Shown in pieces: positions 36,911 to 46,955 of a DNA stretch of 59,299 bases (positions are counted from its first letter, which is position 1; every line of letters starts with the position of its first letter). A program made the translations under genes and the position numbers. The notes beneath the pieces were generated by a model. That model did no database searches, was not told the DNA's origin, and was given only the letters and a program-made list of their open reading frames with translations. This stretch comes from Firmicutes bacterium UBA3576 (GTDB lineage Bacteria; Bacillota; Sulfobacillia; UBA3569): assembly GCA_002375895.1 (NCBI GenBank), contig DFND01000096.1:1-59299 (forward strand). Direction: 5' to 3'.

Positions 36911-38101
36911 CTAGATCTCGGCCCTCACGATCATCAGCTCGGTCTTCTCCAGGGCCTCCTCCACGAGCTCCTCTATGGGGAGCTCCGCCTCGGCGGCGAG
37001 CACCTTATCGCGATGCGGCCGCGTGGCCGGACGCCGCGGCACAAACAGCGTACAACAGTCCTCATAGGGCCGGATGGAGATATCATAAGTCCCTATCTCC
37101 TGCGCCTTTCGGGTGATCTCCTCCTTGTCCATGCCCGCAAGAGGCCGTAACACGGGCAGGTTCACGACCTCGTTGATGACCCTGATGCTCTCCAGGGTCT
37201 GGCTCGCCACCTGCCCCACGCTCTCGCCCGTCACCAGCACCAGGGCGCCCCGCCGCTCAGCGAGCCCCTCCGCTATCCTGAACATCATCCGTCGCATCAG
37301 GGTGATCCGGAGCTCCTCAGGACAGCTCCTCTGGAGGGCCTTCTGGATGGAGGTGAAGTAGCTTATGAACAAGGGATATACCCCGCCGCGGTACCCGGCC
37401 AGGACACGCGCCAGGTCCACGACCTTCTGCCGGGCCCTCTCCGAGGTCAGCGGGTAGCTGTCGAAGTGGATCGCGGCCACGTCGACCCCCCGCTTCATGG
37501 TCATCCAGCCGGCGACCGGGCTGTCTATGCCGCCCGACAGCAGCAGGAGCCCTTTGCCGCTCGTCCCCACCGGCAGCCCGCCCGGGCCTGGGAAGGCCGC
37601 CGCTGAGAGGTAGACGTAGTCCGACCGGACCTCCACCGTGAGCTCGACCTCGGGCTCATGCACGTCCACCGAGAGGCCCTGGACCTTCCGCAGGATGTGC
37701 GCGCCGAGCTCCCGGTTCAACTCCATGGAGGTGAGGGGGAAGGACTTGTTCGACCTCCGGGCGGAGACCTTGAAGGTCACGGCCCCGCCCCTCGCCGCCT
37801 CCCTGAGCAGCTCCAGCCCGGCCTCCTTGACGGCCTCGAGCTCGAGCGGCACGCGCAGGACGGGGCTTACGGAGACCACGCCAAAGACCCTGCCCAGCAG
37901 CCGAGCGCCATCCGCGGCGCGGACGCCCTCCGGGAGGTGGACGAAGATCCTGCCGTGGGACCTCTCCACCCGACACCGGCCGAGGGGCTTCAGCGTCCTC
38001 TTTATGTTCCTCACCAGGGCGGCCTCGAAATAGTGGCGGTTTTGGCCCTTGAGACCTATCTCCCCGTATCTCACCAGCAGCATCTCGTACCTCTCACCCA
38101 C
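36911..38101 (-). CDS. thiI: tRNA 4-thiouridine synthetase (THUMP + PP-loop, no rhodanese domain)
   Basis: RYGEIGLKG, LLSGGIDSPVA, TGESVGQVASQT, PYEDCC. Confidence 0.97.
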   Translation of the reverse strand: MGERYEMLLVRYGEIGLKGQNRHYFEAALVRNIKRTLKPLGRCRVERSHGRIFVHLPEGVRAADGARLLGRVFGVVSVSPVLRVPLELEAVKEAGLELLREAARGGAVTFKVSARRSNKSFPLTSMELNRELGAHILRKVQGLSVDVHEPEVELTVEVRSDYVYLSAAAFPGPGGLPVGTSGKGLLLLSGGIDSPVAGWMTMKRGVDVAAIHFDSYPLTSERARQKVVDLARVLAGYRGGVYPLFISYFTSIQKALQRSCPEELRITLMRRMMFRIAEGLAERRGALVLVTGESVGQVASQTLESIRVINEVVNLPVLRPLAGMDKEEITRKAQEIGTYDISIRPYEDCCTLFVPRRPATRPHRDKVLAAEAELPIEELVEEALEKTELMIVRAEI

Positions 38102-39248
38102 GGCCGAACAGCTCCTTGAGCTCCCTGTAGACCTCTACGACGACGGCGGCGGCGCGCCTTACGTCCGCCTCCGTGGTCTCGGCGGATAGGCTGAACCGCA
38201 GCGCCCCCTGCAGCAGCTCCTCCTCGAGACCCATGGCCTCCAGCACATGGCTCGTCGGCTTGCGGGAGGAACAGGCCGAGCCCGTGGAGACGTAAACCCC
38301 CGCCTCGGCCAGGTGATGGACCATCATCTCCCCGCTCACCCCCGGGAAGGAGATGTTGGCTATGTGGGGCGCCCCCTCGGGGTAACCGTTCCACACCGCA
38401 TCCGGCGCGCCCTCGAGCACCGAGCTCACCAGCAGGTCGCGCAGCGCGGCCACCGCCCGAGCGTCGAACTCCTCTAAGCTCAGCTCCAGGGCCCGAGCCA
38501 GCCCCACTGCGCCGGGCACGTTCTCCGTCCCGGGCCTGAGCCCCCGCTCCTGCTCTCCTCCGGTCATGAGGGGCGAGACCTCCACCCCCTGCCGCAGGTA
38601 CAGGAAGCCCACGCCCTTGGGACCGTGGAACTTGTGCCCGCTGGCGGTGAGGGCGTCCACTCCCCAGTCGGAGGGCCGCAGCGGCAGCTTCCCGACCGCC
38701 TGTACCGCGTCCACGTGGAAGAGGGGACGGCGGCCCGTGCGCCCCTTCAGGATCTCCCCTATGGCCTCGACCGGCTGTAATGAGCCGACCTCGTTATTGA
38801 CCATCATTACGCTGACCAAGGCCGTGTCCTCCCTGAGGGCCCGCCCGAGATCCTCGGGGTCGATCCGCCCCTGCCTGTCCACTGGGAGATAGGTCACCTC
38901 CCAGCCCTCCTCCTCGAGGGCCTGGCAGGTGCGCAGGACCGACGGGTGTTCCACGGCGGTCGTGATCAGGTGACGGCCCCACGACCTCCGTGCCGCACAC
39001 CCCCCGCGCAGCACCATGTTGTTGCCCTCGGTCCCGCCGGAGGTGAAGTACACCTCTGACGGGGATACCCCGAGGTAGCGGGCCACCACTTCCCTGGCCT
39101 CCTCAAGCGATCTCTCGGCCCCGGCGCCCATCGTGTGCAGAGATGAGGGGTTGCCGTACTGCTCCGTAAAGCATCTCATCATAACCTCGGCAACCCGAGG
39201 ATGGACGCGGGTGGTGGCGCTGTTGTCCAGGTATATCTCTAGGCTCAC
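38094..39248 (-). CDS. iscS: Cysteine desulfurase (IscS/NifZ-like), ThiI partner
   Basis: YLDNSATT, GNPSSLH, FHVDAVQ, SGHKFHGPKG, STGSACSS. Confidence 0.93.
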   Translation of the reverse strand: MSLEIYLDNSATTRVHPRVAEVMMRCFTEQYGNPSSLHTMGAGAERSLEEAREVVARYLGVSPSEVYFTSGGTEGNNMVLRGGCAARRSWGRHLITTAVEHPSVLRTCQALEEEGWEVTYLPVDRQGRIDPEDLGRALREDTALVSVMMVNNEVGSLQPVEAIGEILKGRTGRRPLFHVDAVQAVGKLPLRPSDWGVDALTASGHKFHGPKGVGFLYLRQGVEVSPLMTGGEQERGLRPGTENVPGAVGLARALELSLEEFDARAVAALRDLLVSSVLEGAPDAVWNGYPEGAPHIANISFPGVSGEMMVHHLAEAGVYVSTGSACSSRKPTSHVLEAMGLEEELLQGALRFSLSAETTEADVRRAAAVVVEVYRELKELFGRG

Positions 39249-39436
39249 GCAGATCCACCCCCGAAGTCATTATGCGTCCCTCTTCGGCCAGGACCGCCTT
39301 CATCATATCACCCGCCCGAAAAGGGGGTCAAGGAAGGACCACGGGGAGGGCGCCAACGGGAGGGGCCCGCAGGGAATCGTCCGTGGCGGAAGCCCGGAGA
39401 TCCCCGCGGGCCCCTTGGGCTCGGGAAGGGAAGCCG

Positions 39437-40117
39437 TTATTCCTTCAGCTCGCGCAGGAGCTCAACTAGGTAATCGTTCCGCTCCACCTGGGCGGTGGCC
39501 ACCCGGAGCTCCAGCCGCAGGAGCTCCAGCAGCCTGCCGAGCTTCGAAATGACCTCCGGGTCCTCGGTGTTGGCGATCCGTTCCTCGAGCCGGCTGATGT
39601 TGGCCTCAAGCCTCTGCACCCGTTCCTCGGAGGCGGCCAGCATGCGCTCCGCCCGGGCGGGGTCCATCCCCATCAGCCGGGCCAGCGGGTCGTGGTCCCC
39701 CGACTCCGGGAGTCGGATCATGGCCCGCCAGAAGCGCGCGTGCTCCTCCAGGACGGGCTGCAGGCGCTCGAGCAGGGCGCGAGCCTCGGCCTCCGGCAAG
39801 CGCCTGAGAATCTCGTTGAAGGCCCTCGCCTGAGCGCGCAGACCGACCCGGGCGAGCTGCGGCTTCTCGTCCAGGAGGCTGTCCCAGGCCATCACGTAAT
39901 CCGCCAGGGCCTTCAGCGCCCCCGGTACATCTTCGGACCCCAGGGCCTCCCCGGCCGCCTTCAGGTAGCCGAAGGTCTCCCTGACCTCCTGAGGGATGCC
40001 CTGCGGGTGGTGCGCCGCGCGCGCCCTCCCCGACGGCGCGATCTCGGCGGCGCTGGCCGTTCCGACCACGCCGGCCAGCAGGGCCACAACCAACGCCAAC
40101 GCAACTACTCTCGTCAT
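39437..40117 (-). CDS. Hypothetical exported helical / coiled-coil protein
   Basis: Signal peptide ending ASA; SD GGAGG 8 nt before ATG 40117; no family recognised. Confidence 0.7.
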   Translation of the reverse strand: MTRVVALALVVALLAGVVGTASAAEIAPSGRARAAHHPQGIPQEVRETFGYLKAAGEALGSEDVPGALKALADYVMAWDSLLDEKPQLARVGLRAQARAFNEILRRLPEAEARALLERLQPVLEEHARFWRAMIRLPESGDHDPLARLMGMDPARAERMLAASEERVQRLEANISRLEERIANTEDPEVISKLGRLLELLRLELRVATAQVERNDYLVELLRELKE

Positions 40118-40174
40118 GCTCAACACCTCCCGTGTTGTGTTGCCTTTATTGTGCCATCGGGAGATGAACTGGTC

Positions 40175-40201
40175 TTTACCCAAATGTTAAGAAACCTTTA
40201 A
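40175..40201 (-). promoter_or_regulatory. Candidate OmpR-family binding site (three half-sites, 11-bp period)
   Basis: Minus strand TTAAA-N6-TTAAC-N6-GTAAA in the short gap between the kinase and the exported protein gene. Confidence 0.45.
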
Positions 40202-41556
40202 CGCAGGGGAAGGGTGAAGTCGATACAGGTGCCGCCGCCCGGCCCCCTCTCCGCCCATATCCTCCCCCCGTGCCTGGAGATGATCTCACGGGCGATGGCC
40301 AGGCCGAGCCCCGCCCCCCTCTCGCCCCCGCGCTGGTTGGAGGCCTTGTAAAACCGGTCGAAGATCCTCTCGAGGTCCTTCTCGGGGATCCCCGGGCCGC
40401 TGTCGCAGACCCGGACCTCGGCCTCCCCTCCGACGCGGCGAGCGGTCACGGTCACCTCCCCGCCGTCGGGTGTGAACTTCAGGGCGTTGCCCAACAGGTT
40501 GTCGAGAACCTGACCTACGCGGTCCGGGTCGGCGGTGACCGGGAGCTCGTCCCCCACCCTCAGGCGGAAGTCTATCCCCCGTTCCCTGAACCTCGGGTCG
40601 TACCTGTCGGCCTCAACCCGCAAGATCTCTACGAGGTCCAAGGCCTGGTAGTCGAAGGCGAGCTCGCCGGTCTCAAGGCGCGCCAGCTGGAACAGGTCGT
40701 CGATGAGGCGGTTGAGCCTCTCCACGTCCGACGCTATGATGTCAAGGTACCGCCCCCGCTCCGCCTCCGGGACTATCCCCTCCCTCAGGGCCTCCACGAA
40801 GCCGGCGACGGAGGTCACGGGAGTGCGCAGCTCATGGGACACGCTGGCCAGGAGCTGACGCCGGCCCTCGATCATCGCCTGGATACGGTCGGCCATCTCG
40901 TTGAAGTCCTCAGTGAGGCGGCCGAGCTCATCCCTCGACAGGGCCCTGGCCCTGGCGTCAAGGTCGCCGGCCCTGAAGCGAGCCGCGGCCCTGCTGAGCT
41001 CCCTGATGGGGTTGGAGAGCCCCCGCCCGAGGAGATAGGCGAGCCCCAGGGCGACCGCTAGGCCGACGAGCAGGCCGCGGAGGAGCAGCACCCTCAGCTC
41101 GGCGAGGACGATGTCGATCTCCCGCAGGGGCTTGATGAGCACCACCGCCCCGTCCCTGGCCTCCAGAGGCACGATCACGGCCAGGACCTCCGCGCCCGAC
41201 ACCGTCGTACGGCTGATGACCTGAGGGCTCCGCGTTCTGATGGCCCTCTCAAGCTCATGGGGGCGGAAGGTGCCGGGTATCCGACCCGAGCCCATCAACA
41301 CCTCGCCGTCGCCCGAGACCACCAGGTATCCCGCGCCCACCAGCTCCGGCACCAGCTCCCTGAGCAGGAGCGGAGATCTCACCGGGGTACCGACCAGCGC
41401 CCTGGCGATCACCTCTCCCTGATGCATCATCTCCCGGACGGTGGAACGGTGGATGTAGGCGGTGAGCATCTGCTGCATCAACAGGCCCACGACCAACATT
41501 ATGATGACCACGAACAAGACGTAAGATACGGTCAGCCTGGCGACGATGCTCCTCAA
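40198..41556 (-). CDS. HAMP sensor histidine kinase
   Basis: Two TMs, HAMP, H-box VSHELRTP, NALKFT, DSGPGI, GLGLAI. TTG 41556 overlaps the regulator stop. Confidence 0.95.
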   Translation of the reverse strand: MRSIVARLTVSYVLFVVIIMLVVGLLMQQMLTAYIHRSTVREMMHQGEVIARALVGTPVRSPLLLRELVPELVGAGYLVVSGDGEVLMGSGRIPGTFRPHELERAIRTRSPQVISRTTVSGAEVLAVIVPLEARDGAVVLIKPLREIDIVLAELRVLLLRGLLVGLAVALGLAYLLGRGLSNPIRELSRAAARFRAGDLDARARALSRDELGRLTEDFNEMADRIQAMIEGRRQLLASVSHELRTPVTSVAGFVEALREGIVPEAERGRYLDIIASDVERLNRLIDDLFQLARLETGELAFDYQALDLVEILRVEADRYDPRFRERGIDFRLRVGDELPVTADPDRVGQVLDNLLGNALKFTPDGGEVTVTARRVGGEAEVRVCDSGPGIPEKDLERIFDRFYKASNQRGGERGAGLGLAIAREIISRHGGRIWAERGPGGGTCIDFTLPLR

Positions 41557-42245
41557 GGATCTCCCCCCTGCGCGAACTTGTAGCCGACTCCCCACACGGT
41601 GACGATGAGACGGGGGTGAGAGGGGTCCTCCTCCACCTTCTGTCTTAGCTTCCTCACGTGAACGTCGACGGTACGCTCATCTACATAGGCGCTGTATCCC
41701 CACACCCGTTCGAGCAGCTCCGAGCGGGTGAAGACCCTGCGGGGGTTGCTCATGAACAGCCAGAGGAGGTCCATCTCCTTGCCCGTACAGTCCACCCTCC
41801 GTCCGTCCACATACAGCTCGCGGGCCCTGTAGTCCAGCCTGACCCGGCCCACGGTGATGACCTCTTGATCTTCGGCGTTGGCCGACCCCGCCCGGCGCAA
41901 CACGGCGCGGACCCTGGCCAGGAGCTGTCGCGGGCTGAAGGGTTTGGTCACGTAGTCGTCGGCGCCGAGGTCGAGCCCCCGTATGCTGTCCTCCTCGTCG
42001 TCCCTGGCCGTCAGCATGATCACCGGGACGGCGGAGATCTCGCGCAGCCTGCGGCACACCTCCCAGCCGTCCATGCCCGGGAGCATGATATCCAGGATCA
42101 CGAGGTCCGGGGGGCTGCGGCGGACCAGCTCCAGGGCCGCGGGCCCGTCCTGGGCCTCCTCCACCTCGTAGCCCTCCTGCCTGAGATAGAGGGATAGGAG
42201 CTCTCTGATGTGGGCTTCATCGTCCACTACGAGGATCCTGGACAA
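41553..42245 (-). CDS. OmpR-family response regulator
   Basis: ILVVDDE, LDIMLP, GADDYVTKPF, TVDVHVRKLR, TVWGVGY. Confidence 0.97.
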   Translation of the reverse strand: MSRILVVDDEAHIRELLSLYLRQEGYEVEEAQDGPAALELVRRSPPDLVILDIMLPGMDGWEVCRRLREISAVPVIMLTARDDEEDSIRGLDLGADDYVTKPFSPRQLLARVRAVLRRAGSANAEDQEVITVGRVRLDYRARELYVDGRRVDCTGKEMDLLWLFMSNPRRVFTRSELLERVWGYSAYVDERTVDVHVRKLRQKVEEDPSHPRLIVTVWGVGYKFAQGGDP

Positions 42246-42248
42246 GGC

Positions 42249-43133
42249 CTAACCCTCCCTGAGCGCCTTCCTGATCTCCTCGAGGTAGGCGTCGTCGTCG
42301 CCTGTAAGCTGGATCTCCTCAGGGGAGGAAACCCCGAGGCCCAGCTCCACCGCCCGGGCGATCTGCTCCTGCTCGAAGATGGGCGTGTGCATGATCTCTT
42401 GGTTGCTCCCGAGCACCTTGAGGATGGCCAGCCCGACGGCGTCCACCGCGACCCGGTCCGTCCCGGCCACCATCACGCCGGCCCGCTTGCGCGTGCCCCG
42501 GTCGGGCCCGCCGTCGGTGAAGACGTCGACTCCGTCCATGAGGATCAGGGCCGGCGAGTAGCAGAGGTTTATCTCGGCGATCATCCGCCTCATCTGCGAC
42601 GAGGAGTGCAGCTCCTTCATGTACTCGTAACCCCGCCTGGGGACCAGCCCCACGGCCAGCTTGAGGGACATGCTGAAGACGCCGCCGTGGGCGTGGGTCT
42701 TCAGACAGCAGGTGGCCACCACCGCCTCCGCCCTCTCCACCGGCGCAGGGTACAGAAAGCCCTTCCGCCACGCCAGGTCCTCGCGGCGATACTCGAGCCA
42801 ATCGGCGGGGGCCAGCCGGTCGAAGTCTATGAAGGGGACCTCCAGCTCAGCCAGCAGGAGGTCCACCCCCTTCTCGCGCACGACGTCCGCGGTCAGGGGC
42901 GGACCGCTCCGCTCCCCCACCTCGAGGGACGCCGCCCCCATGGCCCTCAGCTCCCTGATCAGGGCCGCCAGGGTATCGTTGTGGGTAGAGCCCGGGGCCT
43001 GGTCGGCCGTGTTGAAGTTGGGCTTGATCAGGGTTCTGCGGCCCCTCACCGGGTTGGCCCCAAGCGCCCGCAGGGCGCGCACGGTTCCCTCTCGCCTGTC
43101 CTCGGTCCTGATCACCACCACTCGCGACTCCAC
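42249..43133 (-). CDS. DUF362 domain protein
   Basis: LIKPNFNTA, CCLKTH, FSMSLK, LILMDG, DRVAVD. Confidence 0.88.
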   Translation of the reverse strand: MESRVVVIRTEDRREGTVRALRALGANPVRGRRTLIKPNFNTADQAPGSTHNDTLAALIRELRAMGAASLEVGERSGPPLTADVVREKGVDLLLAELEVPFIDFDRLAPADWLEYRREDLAWRKGFLYPAPVERAEAVVATCCLKTHAHGGVFSMSLKLAVGLVPRRGYEYMKELHSSSQMRRMIAEINLCYSPALILMDGVDVFTDGGPDRGTRKRAGVMVAGTDRVAVDAVGLAILKVLGSNQEIMHTPIFEQEQIARAVELGLGVSSPEEIQLTGDDDAYLEEIRKALREG

Positions 43134-43246
43134 GCCTTATCACCCTCCCTTCCCCTAGTCTCTCCAGCTCCGACCAAACACAGAAGGCCACCCCTCTTCG
43201 GCGGCCTCGGAAAACCGCGAGGGCGGGCGCAGCCCCTCACCCGCCC

Positions 43247-44287
43247 TCAGGTCGCCTCCTCGCGTCGGAAGAGAACCTCCGGGCCCACCGACGCCAGGTC
43301 GGGGCAACCGGTGAGGATCATGGCCGTCCTGAGGCCCCGCGTCAGCTCGTCGAGGACGAGCCGCACCCCCTCGGCGCCTCCGCCCACCGCTCCCCGCACC
43401 GCGGGACGCCCCACCATCACCGCGTCGGCTCCCAGGGCCAATCCCTTGAGCACGTCCTCGCCCCGCCGGAACCCGCCGTCCACGAGGATCACCGGCCTCG
43501 GCGACAGGCCCCGCAGCCTCCTGGCTATGACCCCCAGGACCTCGGCCGTGCCCGGGGTGTGGTCGAGGGCGCGGCCCCCGTGGTTGGAGACCACGATCCC
43601 GGCCACCCCGGCCTCGGCGGCCAGGACGGCCTCGTCGGGGGTCATGATCCCCTTGAGGATCACCGGCAGCTCGGATCCCTCTACCAGCCTCTGGACGGCG
43701 GCGGGTGAGAGGGGGCCCACGGGCTGCCCGGCCCTGGTCATGTTGACCAGTGCGGCGGCGTCCACGTCCACGGCCGCCGCCAGCGCGCCGGCGGCCCGGG
43801 CCTGGGCGAAGCGCTCCAGGATCTCCTCCACCGCACGGGGCTTCACCACCGGTATGACGGTGCCGGGGAACTGGCGCGCCGCCGCCAGCCCGGCCTCGAA
43901 GAGGGCCGGATCCGGTCCGTCCCCCGTGAGGGCCAGGGACCCCGCAGCCCGAGCGCCACCTACCATGGCCAGGACCAGCTCCTCCTCGGTCAGGCTGCCG
44001 CCGAGGTTTATGGCCGCCCCGGCTACCGCGGCCACCAGCACCGGCGTCTCGAGGCGCGTGCCGAAGAGGGATAGCCCGGTGTCGGGCTCGCCGTGACGGT
44101 GCAGCACCCGCAGGTTGAGCTTGTAAGAGGCGAGGGCCCTGACGTTATTCTGAAAGGACGCGCCCGTGCCCACGCCCCCCATGCCGGGCACCTCGCCGAC
44201 ACAGGCCCTGCCGTCGCAGACCCGGCAAACCCTGCAGATCCCCCTCAGCCTCTCCCTGGCTTGGGCCATCACTTCCTCAAGCTTCAT
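43247..44287 (-). CDS. FMN-dependent alpha-hydroxy-acid oxidase/dehydrogenase family
   Basis: CRVCRVCDGRAC, LKGIMT, VSNHGGR, VDGGFRRGEDVLK, VMVGRP. Confidence 0.92.
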   Translation of the reverse strand: MKLEEVMAQARERLRGICRVCRVCDGRACVGEVPGMGGVGTGASFQNNVRALASYKLNLRVLHRHGEPDTGLSLFGTRLETPVLVAAVAGAAINLGGSLTEEELVLAMVGGARAAGSLALTGDGPDPALFEAGLAAARQFPGTVIPVVKPRAVEEILERFAQARAAGALAAAVDVDAAALVNMTRAGQPVGPLSPAAVQRLVEGSELPVILKGIMTPDEAVLAAEAGVAGIVVSNHGGRALDHTPGTAEVLGVIARRLRGLSPRPVILVDGGFRRGEDVLKGLALGADAVMVGRPAVRGAVGGGAEGVRLVLDELTRGLRTAMILTGCPDLASVGPEVLFRREEAT

Positions 44288-45804
44288 TCCACATCCCCCC
44301 CAAGCTCCCGGGCCAGGTCCGCCGCGGAGAGGTCCTTCCCCGTGAGCTCTCTCACCTTCTCCTGCCAGGGCACCCTCGCCCCCGGCTCCCAGTACACTTC
44401 TCTCAGCCGGGCGAAGATCTCAGGGTCTGCCTCCGCCCGCCCGAACTCCCGGCGCAGGTAGGCGTGGGTCTGGGCGGCTATGGCCGCGGCGATGATGTAG
44501 TTTTGGCGGTACACCGGGTAGCCGCTCGGGAAGGGGCTTGCGGCCCAGCGCGGGGTGGTGTTCACCGCTACGTGCAGCAGGGCGGCCTCGATCTCCCCAC
44601 ACACCCGGTCGGGATCGGCCACCGAGCCGTCGTAGAGCCCGTACTCCAGCCTGACCTGCGCCGCCAAGCTCCGCAACCCATACAGCCGGCGCCCCAAGGA
44701 GGAATCCAAGAAGGCCCGGGCCGTCGCCAGGTCCGTCCCCGCCGTCCGCGCCACCCACTCGGGGTACCGGGTGAAGAAGCCCAGGACCTCGGCCATGCCC
44801 TCGGAGAAGGGCCCGGGGTCGCGCCGGAAGATGTATACGTCCCTGGGGGCGAAGGCGGCGTGCAGGGCGTGCCCGTACTCGTGGAACAGGGTCGCGTAAT
44901 ACTGGTGGCCGTCGCGCGGGTTGGCCAGGATGCGGATGTCCTCTGGCCGCACCGGCACGCACAGGCCCCCGAAGGGTATGTCATAGTAGTGGACCTCGAT
45001 GGGCAACGAGCCGGGGTCGAGCCCGCAGGCCGCGAGGAAGGCGTGGATGGCGTCCAGGATCCCGTCCCGCGGGAAGGCCTCGTCGGGGAGCGGGCTCTCG
45101 CCCTCCAGGACGTAGGCGAGGTCCCAGGGCTCGCAGGAGGGAAGCCCCGCGGCCCGGCAAGCGCCCGCCAGGAGCTCCCGGTAGGTCTCCTCCGTCAGGG
45201 TGACCAGCTCCTCCAGGAGGCCCTCCACGGCCGTCCGGTCCAGGTCGTCGCAGGCGAGGGACAGGTCCACGAAGGTATCGAAGCCGTACTCGCCGGCCGC
45301 CCGGTTCCGGGCGTGAATCAGGGACAGGGTGCGGGGCGCCATCTCCTCCGACAGGGGGGCCATGGCCTCCCAGGCCTCCCGCCTGAGGCCCCGGTCGTCG
45401 GCCCGGCGCAGGATATCCCGCAGCTCGCTGATCTCCCTCTCCTTCCCGCCCACCACGGGACGGAAGGAGATGATGCGGTCGGTGATCTCGTTCCTCAGGG
45501 CGAAGATATCCTCCCTGCTCTCCACCCGCGACCGAAGCAGGACCTTCTCCCAGACCTCCAGCCGCCTCCTGAGGGTCGGATCCCCGACCCGGTCCATCCC
45601 TTCGCGCACCATCTCCAGGTAAGGGCCCCTACCCAGCAGCTCGGCCCTCTCGCGGTCGAGGCGGTTCAGGTCCTCAGCTCCGCCCTCACCGGTGGTGTAC
45701 CTCTTCCACAGACACTCCGCGTACCTTACGTTGAGGTCCTCCAGCGAATCCTCCAGGTTGTCGAGGAACCCTATGAGCTCCTCCTCGTTGCGCGGTAGGT
45801 TCAT
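44284..45804 (-). CDS. M2/M3-like (gluzincin) metallopeptidase
   Basis: FHEYGH (HExxH) with downstream FSEGMA. Start ATG 45804 overlaps the acuC stop. Confidence 0.8.
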   Translation of the reverse strand: MNLPRNEEELIGFLDNLEDSLEDLNVRYAECLWKRYTTGEGGAEDLNRLDRERAELLGRGPYLEMVREGMDRVGDPTLRRRLEVWEKVLLRSRVESREDIFALRNEITDRIISFRPVVGGKEREISELRDILRRADDRGLRREAWEAMAPLSEEMAPRTLSLIHARNRAAGEYGFDTFVDLSLACDDLDRTAVEGLLEELVTLTEETYRELLAGACRAAGLPSCEPWDLAYVLEGESPLPDEAFPRDGILDAIHAFLAACGLDPGSLPIEVHYYDIPFGGLCVPVRPEDIRILANPRDGHQYYATLFHEYGHALHAAFAPRDVYIFRRDPGPFSEGMAEVLGFFTRYPEWVARTAGTDLATARAFLDSSLGRRLYGLRSLAAQVRLEYGLYDGSVADPDRVCGEIEAALLHVAVNTTPRWAASPFPSGYPVYRQNYIIAAAIAAQTHAYLRREFGRAEADPEIFARLREVYWEPGARVPWQEKVRELTGKDLSAADLARELGGDVE

Positions 45805-46955
45805 CCTTGCCTCCTCCTGACCAGGCCGCCCAGGACGCGGGCGACGGTAATTCGGTTCTTCTCCTCTATCTCCCGGCGCCTCCTCACGGGCGGAAACCCC
45901 TCGTCGGTCACCCGCTGCGGTAAGGGGACCGGGCTCCTCGGGGCCCACTTGGCCGACCAGTTGTGGGGTATGACCTCGGGGACGCTCCGCTCGGCCATGG
46001 ACGCCCACAGGTAGGCCCAGGCCCGGGGGACCACCGACCAGATGTTGTAGCCGCCCCCTCCCACGGCCACCCAACGGCCGTCGCACAGGGCGTGGGCGAG
46101 CTCGTGGATGAGGCGGGGCACGAGGGCGTAGGAACGGATGCTGAGACACAGGTCCGTCAGCGGGTCCAGGCGGTGTCCGTCGCACCCGTGCTGGCTGACG
46201 ATGATGTCCGGGCGGAAGTCCTCGAGGACCGGGGGAAGCACCTTCTCCAGGGCCTCGATGAAGGAGTCGTCCTCCGTGAAGGCCTCGAGGGGGACGTTGA
46301 CCGAGTAACCGTAGCCGGCGCCGGCCCCCCTCTCCTCCACATAGCCCGTCCCCGGGAAGAGATAGCGGCCGGTCTCGTGGACGCTCACCGTCAGCACCTC
46401 GGGATCGCTGTAAAAGAGCCACTGCACCCCGTCCCCGTGGTGGGCGTCGGTGTCGATATAGGCCACGCGAACCCCGTAGCTCCTCTTGAGATGCTCTATG
46501 GCCACGGCGATGTCGTTATAGATACAAAAGCCCGACGCCGTGTCGGCCCCGGCGTGATGGAGGCCGCCGCCGATACTGAGGGCGTGCGTGTAACGGCCCG
46601 ACGCCACCAGCTCCGCCGCGGTGAGCGTGCCGCCGACGATGAGAGACGCGGCCTCGTGCATGCCCGGGAAGACGGGGTTGTCCTCCGTGCCCAGCCCGTA
46701 CTCGGCGGCCCCGGGCACGGGCCTTCCCGTCCGGCTCGAGGCCTCAACGGTGGCCACATACTGCTTGGAGTGTTTCAGCTCTAGCTGCTCGGGCGTAGCG
46801 GGGCGGGGTTCTTCGACGTCCGACGGGTAGAGGAGCCCCATGGACTGCAGGAGGTCCACGGTGAGCTCCAGGCGCCGAGCGTTGAAGGGGTGTTCTGTAC
46901 CGAAGCTGTACGCGGCGTAGGCCGGGCTGTATACAAAAGCGGCGCGGTGCTTCAT
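45801..46955 (-). CDS. acuC: Acetoin utilisation protein AcuC (class I HDAC-like deacetylase)
   Basis: HPFNARRL, GGGLHHA, SGFCIYND, DTDAHHGDG, DGHRLDPL, GGGGY. Confidence 0.95.
   Translation of the reverse strand: MKHRAAFVYSPAYAAYSFGTEHPFNARRLELTVDLLQSMGLLYPSDVEEPRPATPEQLELKHSKQYVATVEASSRTGRPVPGAAEYGLGTEDNPVFPGMHEAASLIVGGTLTAAELVASGRYTHALSIGGGLHHAGADTASGFCIYNDIAVAIEHLKRSYGVRVAYIDTDAHHGDGVQWLFYSDPEVLTVSVHETGRYLFPGTGYVEERGAGAGYGYSVNVPLEAFTEDDSFIEALEKVLPPVLEDFRPDIIVSQHGCDGHRLDPLTDLCLSIRSYALVPRLIHELAHALCDGRWVAVGGGGYNIWSVVPRAWAYLWASMAERSVPEVIPHNWSAKWAPRSPVPLPQRVTDEGFPPVRRRREIEEKNRITVARVLGGLVRRRQG

Noticed and set aside
42210-45798. Long antisense ORFs such as 42210..44096 (+), 44464..45798 (+), 30237..31544 (+) and 2288..2665 (+)
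   Set aside because: Shadow ORFs opposite well-supported genes, with low-complexity R/P/G/A-rich products typical of GC-rich DNA.
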